The translations under genes were made by a program, and so were the position numbers. Source: Acholeplasmataceae bacterium (lineage in GTDB: Bacteria > Bacillota_I > Bacilli_A > Acholeplasmatales > Acholeplasmataceae). Taken from it: a DNA stretch of 64,000 nucleotides. The stretch spans positions 992,001 to 1,056,000 of the forward strand of contig OY763415.1 in the NCBI GenBank assembly GCA_963667565.1. The letters are read 5' to 3'. Of this stretch, positions 59,531-64,000 are shown one piece after another (position 1 is the first letter of the stretch; every line of letters starts with the position of its first letter). Under the pieces are notes generated by a model. The model did no database searches. It was not told the origin of the DNA and saw only the letters and a list, made by a program, of their open reading frames with translations.

Positions 59531-62482
59531 TTAATCCTCCTTAAACGCTCTTGTCTTCGTTAAGTTCCATGCTGTGACAGAACCTACAAAGAAGAATATT
59601 AACACCGAGAACACACTTGCCATATTATAAATCGCCTGATCTACAGTTAATTTATACATCCAGGATATTAAAATATCGGTATCTCCGGCATAACCCATGT
59701 CGAAGTTATTTGCATTCGGTCCACCACCTGTGATAAAGTAGATGACCCCAAAGTTATTGAAGTTTCCTGAAAATGTCATAATTAAAATTGGAGCTGTAGA
59801 ATAAAGAACGAGTGGCATTGTAATCTTAGTTAATTTTTGACCATTAGATGCACCATCAATATCTGCTGCTTCATATAATGTCTTATCAATTGCAGTCATA
59901 ACACCAGTCATTAAGGCCATGAAGTATGGGAATCCTAACCAAATATTGACAACAATTAATACAATTCTAACAAAATTAGGATTATTTGGATTTGTAAACC
60001 ATTGAATATTTTGATTTCCTAAATAGAAAATCTTTTCAAATCCGTTTAATAGTTCAAATGGCCGTCCTAATATACCCCATTTTTCAAACAGATCATAAAA
60101 GCCTATGTTTCTAAAGACTTGATTCACATAACCTGTTTCATTAAACATAACTTTAAATATCATTTGTGATAATAATGCTGGAATAGCCCATGGAAGAATG
60201 AGAACTGTTCTCCAGAATTTTCTAAATACAACTTTTTCGCTATTTAAGATGATTGCTTGGAAGAAACCACCAAAGAAAACAGTTGCAGTCGAGAAAATTG
60301 CCCAGATTACTGTCCATCCTAAAACTCTCCAGAATGCTTTACCAAATGTAGATCCTAGCGCACCATTAAAATCAAATAATGCGACAAAGTTCTTAAATCC
60401 GACATAGTCGAATGTATCAATTAATGATTGACGACCAGCAATATTTGTAAACGCAATTATAAATCCAAATGCAATAGGCATTAAACTAATAAACGCTAAT
60501 ACAACCATTGCAGGTGATAAAACGAAATATGAGAATCCACTTTCGAATGTTTCTGCAAAATATGCTTTATCATTTAATACTTTTTCTTTCTTTCGTTTAG
60601 CTTCTGATACCTTATATGCATCCCTTACCGACCAAATCATGAAGATAAAGAAAATCAAGGATGTTATGATACCAATAAGCCCTTCTATAAGAATTTGAGC
60701 ACTAACATGCCCTAAAATAGGAACACTAGGTAATAACGTAATCGGCAATTTTGGTGTATGTGATGAATCACCAACTAAAGCAATCTTTAATGTGTTATAT
60801 TCTGTTAATTCAACTTTATGAGCTGTACCTAATGTTATAACAGACCAATAGCTTTTCACGAATAGACCAGCTTTATCATAGAAGAAATTATTAAACGCTG
60901 TTCTAAATTCTGCTTGTTGATCTGGATAAATTTCAAAATAAACTTTGATTACAAATCTTAAATAATCATTTTCTGTGTATGTATTCCAAGTTTGATTGTA
61001 AGTGACATACATTGATTCTTTAACTTTATCCGTAAATGCAGTACCTACAAATGATAATGTTGCATTTAAATAGACAAGACCTGGTTGGTAGTATTCATAA
61101 TATACACCATTGATCTCATACATAGGACCAGTCATATTGATTTCAGTACTTCCTAAAGGTAATTCTGAAACAACTTCCTTAGTTAATACATTAACATAAG
61201 CGACAATTGGATCACCTAAGTCATTAAAAGTGTCTGCTTCTAAATAATATGTGATCGTACCACCATCATCATATTGATATACAGTATTATTTTTGTTAAA
61301 TGCAGTTAATCCATCATCAGAAATTAAGATATTATTTTCATTCATCACACCTGTGATGAGATCTGTTTCTATGTAATTTTTAGCTGTTGTACCTAAAACA
61401 TCTTGTGCTGTGTAATATATACCATTCGCATCAACAAACATATTTTGTGCTCGAATGATGTGTGTTTTAACATATGAATCATTAAACATCACTGCTTTAG
61501 GGTTTGTTAATGATGAAACTAAAGTTTGATCAGCAATATTTAAATATTGACTATTACTGTCTACTGTAACTAATACATAATAGACATCTTGATCATTTTC
61601 AGTAACTTGATATGTAGAATCACTAACTTCTACTGTTTTTAAATTTGTATTTGATGATAATATATTTGATTCATTGAGTTCAAAAGTAGCTAAATTGATT
61701 TCAACATACTCTTTTGTATTATCTCCAAGTGTGCGTTCTTGGTAAAATATTTGACCATCTTGATCATAATAGAAAGTTTGGTTTAATAATTGACTGACAT
61801 CAACACCTTCGATACTTGTAAATGTTGCATCAGTATTTAGATTTGTATAGATGATTGGGTTATTCGCTTTCAAATCTTGAGCAATAAAGTAGATGAATTC
61901 ATCTTCTGTTAATGTAAATATTTGATCGCCTGATTTTCCAATAGAATCTAAGTAATCTACAAATGCAGGATAGTTGATTTTATAATTTTGAGTTTGAATA
62001 TCATAAAAATCACCCATAATGCTTGAAATATAGTCATCTCCAAAGTCTTCACCTGGCAATTTAGAATAAGCATCTGTTTCAACGAAATAATTACTTGTTC
62101 CTAATTCAAGCCCTACAAAACCTAAAAAGATAATAAAAAAGATAAACGCTTTAATCTTCTGTCCATTAAACAATTGGCCACTACCCCAAATAATAACAGA
62201 AAAACCAGCCTTAACAAAGCTCATCGCTTTACTATCAAAGATTTTTCTCATTGCTGGGATTTTACCTAATTCTCTAACGAGAAGTGATATAGGATATGAA
62301 ATCGGCAATAATACATAATGAAGTATGGTTGCAATTGTTTTAACTGTATAAACAATTAATAATTTCGTATATTTAAAAAATAACGAAATTCCTAATTCAA
62401 TATATTCTAGTGCGATTTTTATGCCTTTAATGATTATTATAAAGAAGCGTTTGATTGCTTGAAGTGTTTTTTTAAGCCACAT
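59531..62482 (-). CDS. malF: Maltodextrin ABC permease, MalF-like, with very large extracellular insertion
   Basis: C-terminal ILPWAIP, NIWLGFPY, LYEAADIDGA and FNNF motifs; GGAGGA RBS before ATG 62482. Confidence 0.88.
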   Translation of the reverse strand: MWLKKTLQAIKRFFIIIIKGIKIALEYIELGISLFFKYTKLLIVYTVKTIATILHYVLLPISYPISLLVRELGKIPAMRKIFDSKAMSFVKAGFSVIIWGSGQLFNGQKIKAFIFFIIFLGFVGLELGTSNYFVETDAYSKLPGEDFGDDYISSIMGDFYDIQTQNYKINYPAFVDYLDSIGKSGDQIFTLTEDEFIYFIAQDLKANNPIIYTNLNTDATFTSIEGVDVSQLLNQTFYYDQDGQIFYQERTLGDNTKEYVEINLATFELNESNILSSNTNLKTVEVSDSTYQVTENDQDVYYVLVTVDSNSQYLNIADQTLVSSLTNPKAVMFNDSYVKTHIIRAQNMFVDANGIYYTAQDVLGTTAKNYIETDLITGVMNENNILISDDGLTAFNKNNTVYQYDDGGTITYYLEADTFNDLGDPIVAYVNVLTKEVVSELPLGSTEINMTGPMYEINGVYYEYYQPGLVYLNATLSFVGTAFTDKVKESMYVTYNQTWNTYTENDYLRFVIKVYFEIYPDQQAEFRTAFNNFFYDKAGLFVKSYWSVITLGTAHKVELTEYNTLKIALVGDSSHTPKLPITLLPSVPILGHVSAQILIEGLIGIITSLIFFIFMIWSVRDAYKVSEAKRKKEKVLNDKAYFAETFESGFSYFVLSPAMVVLAFISLMPIAFGFIIAFTNIAGRQSLIDTFDYVGFKNFVALFDFNGALGSTFGKAFWRVLGWTVIWAIFSTATVFFGGFFQAIILNSEKVVFRKFWRTVLILPWAIPALLSQMIFKVMFNETGYVNQVFRNIGFYDLFEKWGILGRPFELLNGFEKIFYLGNQNIQWFTNPNNPNFVRIVLIVVNIWLGFPYFMALMTGVMTAIDKTLYEAADIDGASNGQKLTKITMPLVLYSTAPILIMTFSGNFNNFGVIYFITGGGPNANNFDMGYAGDTDILISWMYKLTVDQAIYNMASVFSVLIFFFVGSVTAWNLTKTRAFKED

Positions 62483-62507
62483 TTTGTCCTCCACTTTACA
62501 TGAAAAT

Positions 62508-62538
62508 GAGGGTGGCAAGTACGTTCTTGCCACCGTCA
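62508..62538 (-). promoter_or_regulatory. Intergenic stem-loop after malE
   Basis: ggtggcaag/cttgccacc perfect 9-bp stem; likely an mRNA stabiliser or partial terminator. Confidence 0.65.
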
Positions 62539-62563
62539 CTTTTCAATTGTACTTAAATATTAA

Positions 62564-63895
62564 TTAGCTAGATAAACCTTGTAAAGTTCTATAGCTTTGT
62601 TCTGCATTAGAAACTGCAGTTGCAATTTCAACACCATTAATCCAAACATTTCTGATTAATGATTCAGCAGGACCCCAATAATTTTGAACAGCAGAGATTG
62701 TTGGCATTGGAATAGCATTTTCCAATTGTTGTGCTGTAGTCATTAATAATTGGTCATCACTTACACCTTCGATTTGTGCAATTAAATCAGCTTTAAGAGC
62801 TGGAAGTTTTGTCTTATATTCATATTGAATAGCCATAGCTTCATCTGAATTTAAGAACTCAACAAATTTAATAGCATCACTTGGGTTTTTAGCATATTTG
62901 TAAACAGCAGCCATGATTGCACCAGCATATGGTTTAGAAGCATTTCCATCAACTGATGGTAATACTGAAATACCTAAATCATCGCCTAATGCAGCTGTAT
63001 AAGTTGGATTCATCCAAGGACCAGCAATAATGTATGGAATTTTACCTGATTCAAAGTTTGCACCTTGACCATCAACATTATCATTACCACCAGTTACGAT
63101 TGGTTTAAGATCATCAACCATGAATGCTAAAGCATCTTGCATAGCTTGTGATTCAAAACCTACTGCAGATGGATCATCACCATTAGCACCAAATGGTCTA
63201 AAGCCAAATGATGAGAACATGAATTGATCAAAATAACTATCTGCCCAGTGTGATGAAGTTGTTAAATAATAGTAACCAGCTTCACCATTTGTTCTAGTAT
63301 CTGTAGAATCAGCATGAGTTGAAGCTACAGTAGCAGCATTCCAAGTTGCACCAGCAGTAAGAATTTCTTCTAATGTTGCAGGTACGCTTGAAACTAATGC
63401 CTTATTATAATACATTGTAACTGCTTCAATTGACATTGGTACAGCATATAAAGTATCTACACCATTTTCGTTAATTGTTGCAATATCAATACCCATTTGA
63501 TGCGCTCTTGAATCAATTAATTCTTGAGTATCAGTAGGAAGTGCATATAATAAACCTTCTGAATAAGCAGCAGCTAAGTGGTCATGTGGGAATTGGAATA
63601 CGTCAGCACCATTTCCTGAAGGACCAAAAGTTTTTAATTTTTCACGTGAGTCAACTGAACCCATATGAGTAAAGTGAACTACGATATTTGGATATTCTGC
63701 ATTAAATGCATCAATAATTGCAGCCATGTATTCGCCATCTTCATCATCAATCCAAACTGTGATTTCAGTTTTTTGAACTAATGATTGTGAGAAGTCAATT
63801 ACAACGCCACCAACTTCAACATTACCATCTTTATCACACGCAACTAAAGTGAACGCAGTAACAAGTACTAAAAATATTCTAAATAATTTTTTCAT
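62564..63895 (-). CDS. malE: Maltose/maltodextrin-binding lipoprotein
   Basis: Lipobox LVAC; GADVFQFPHD, IAGPW and PMPTI motifs. Confidence 0.9.
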   Translation of the reverse strand: MKKLFRIFLVLVTAFTLVACDKDGNVEVGGVVIDFSQSLVQKTEITVWIDDEDGEYMAAIIDAFNAEYPNIVVHFTHMGSVDSREKLKTFGPSGNGADVFQFPHDHLAAAYSEGLLYALPTDTQELIDSRAHQMGIDIATINENGVDTLYAVPMSIEAVTMYYNKALVSSVPATLEEILTAGATWNAATVASTHADSTDTRTNGEAGYYYLTTSSHWADSYFDQFMFSSFGFRPFGANGDDPSAVGFESQAMQDALAFMVDDLKPIVTGGNDNVDGQGANFESGKIPYIIAGPWMNPTYTAALGDDLGISVLPSVDGNASKPYAGAIMAAVYKYAKNPSDAIKFVEFLNSDEAMAIQYEYKTKLPALKADLIAQIEGVSDDQLLMTTAQQLENAIPMPTISAVQNYWGPAESLIRNVWINGVEIATAVSNAEQSYRTLQGLSS

Positions 63896-64000
63896 ATAAT
63901 TCACTCCTTTACGCTACACGGAAGATAAATGTAACTTGAGTCACATTACCCCATTTATCTGATACTTGAAGCATGATTGTATAATCACCAGCAACACCTG

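Noticed and set aside
2549..60407. Numerous short antisense or alternate-frame ORFs in the track (e.g. 9487..9975, 20041..20481, 31297..31695)
   Set aside because: They lie within well-supported genes and show no recognisable motifs.
63922..63960. Riboswitch upstream of malE
   Set aside because: Only a single 9-bp inverted repeat (agataaatg/catttatct) at the window edge; insufficient context.
1..64000. Genetic code 4 (TGA=Trp)
   Set aside because: Conserved genes are full-length under code 11, and TGA serves as the stop in ATGA overlaps (e.g. 4749-4752, 24825-24828).

Overview
AT-rich window read with genetic code 11. Gene content and order fit a Mollicutes/Acholeplasmatales-like low-GC bacterium (inference). 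Bases 1 to ~21,710 are one end of a prophage. It carries a packaging-proximal region (HNH, cos-like GC tract, metK, ParB-fused DNA methyltransferase), self-promoted morons, a late activator, a replication module (RusA, primase-helicase, SF2 helicase, DUF669, Sak4-like ATPase, Cas4-like DUF2800) and a sigma-like early regulator. Its terminal defence island holds an ABC-three-component/Lamassu-like operon, a small HTH, a GIY-YIG/DUF4357 protein and a MunI-like R-M pair. It ends in four 21-bp-period repeats next to tRNA-Leu(GAG). The rest is host chromosome: fakA, rpmB, thiN, rpe, rsgA, rlmN, T-box-controlled pheST, polC, ytqA/ytqB, an ECF sigma locus, leuS, acpP and a ~19-kb maltodextrin/glycogen cluster. 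The best novelty candidates are four. (1) A Lamassu-like operon whose effector slot holds an HTH-like domain in the position where a prophage repressor is expected. (2) An ECF sigma/anti-sigma/lipoprotein locus in which an RsgI-type Asn-Pro autoproteolysis motif sits on a lipoprotein, with a cognate promoter visible twice. (3) A two-state RNA leader that can hide the RBS of the phage sigma-like gene. (4) A ~983-aa MalF with a duplicated extracellular domain. All family assignments come from motif recognition, not database searches.
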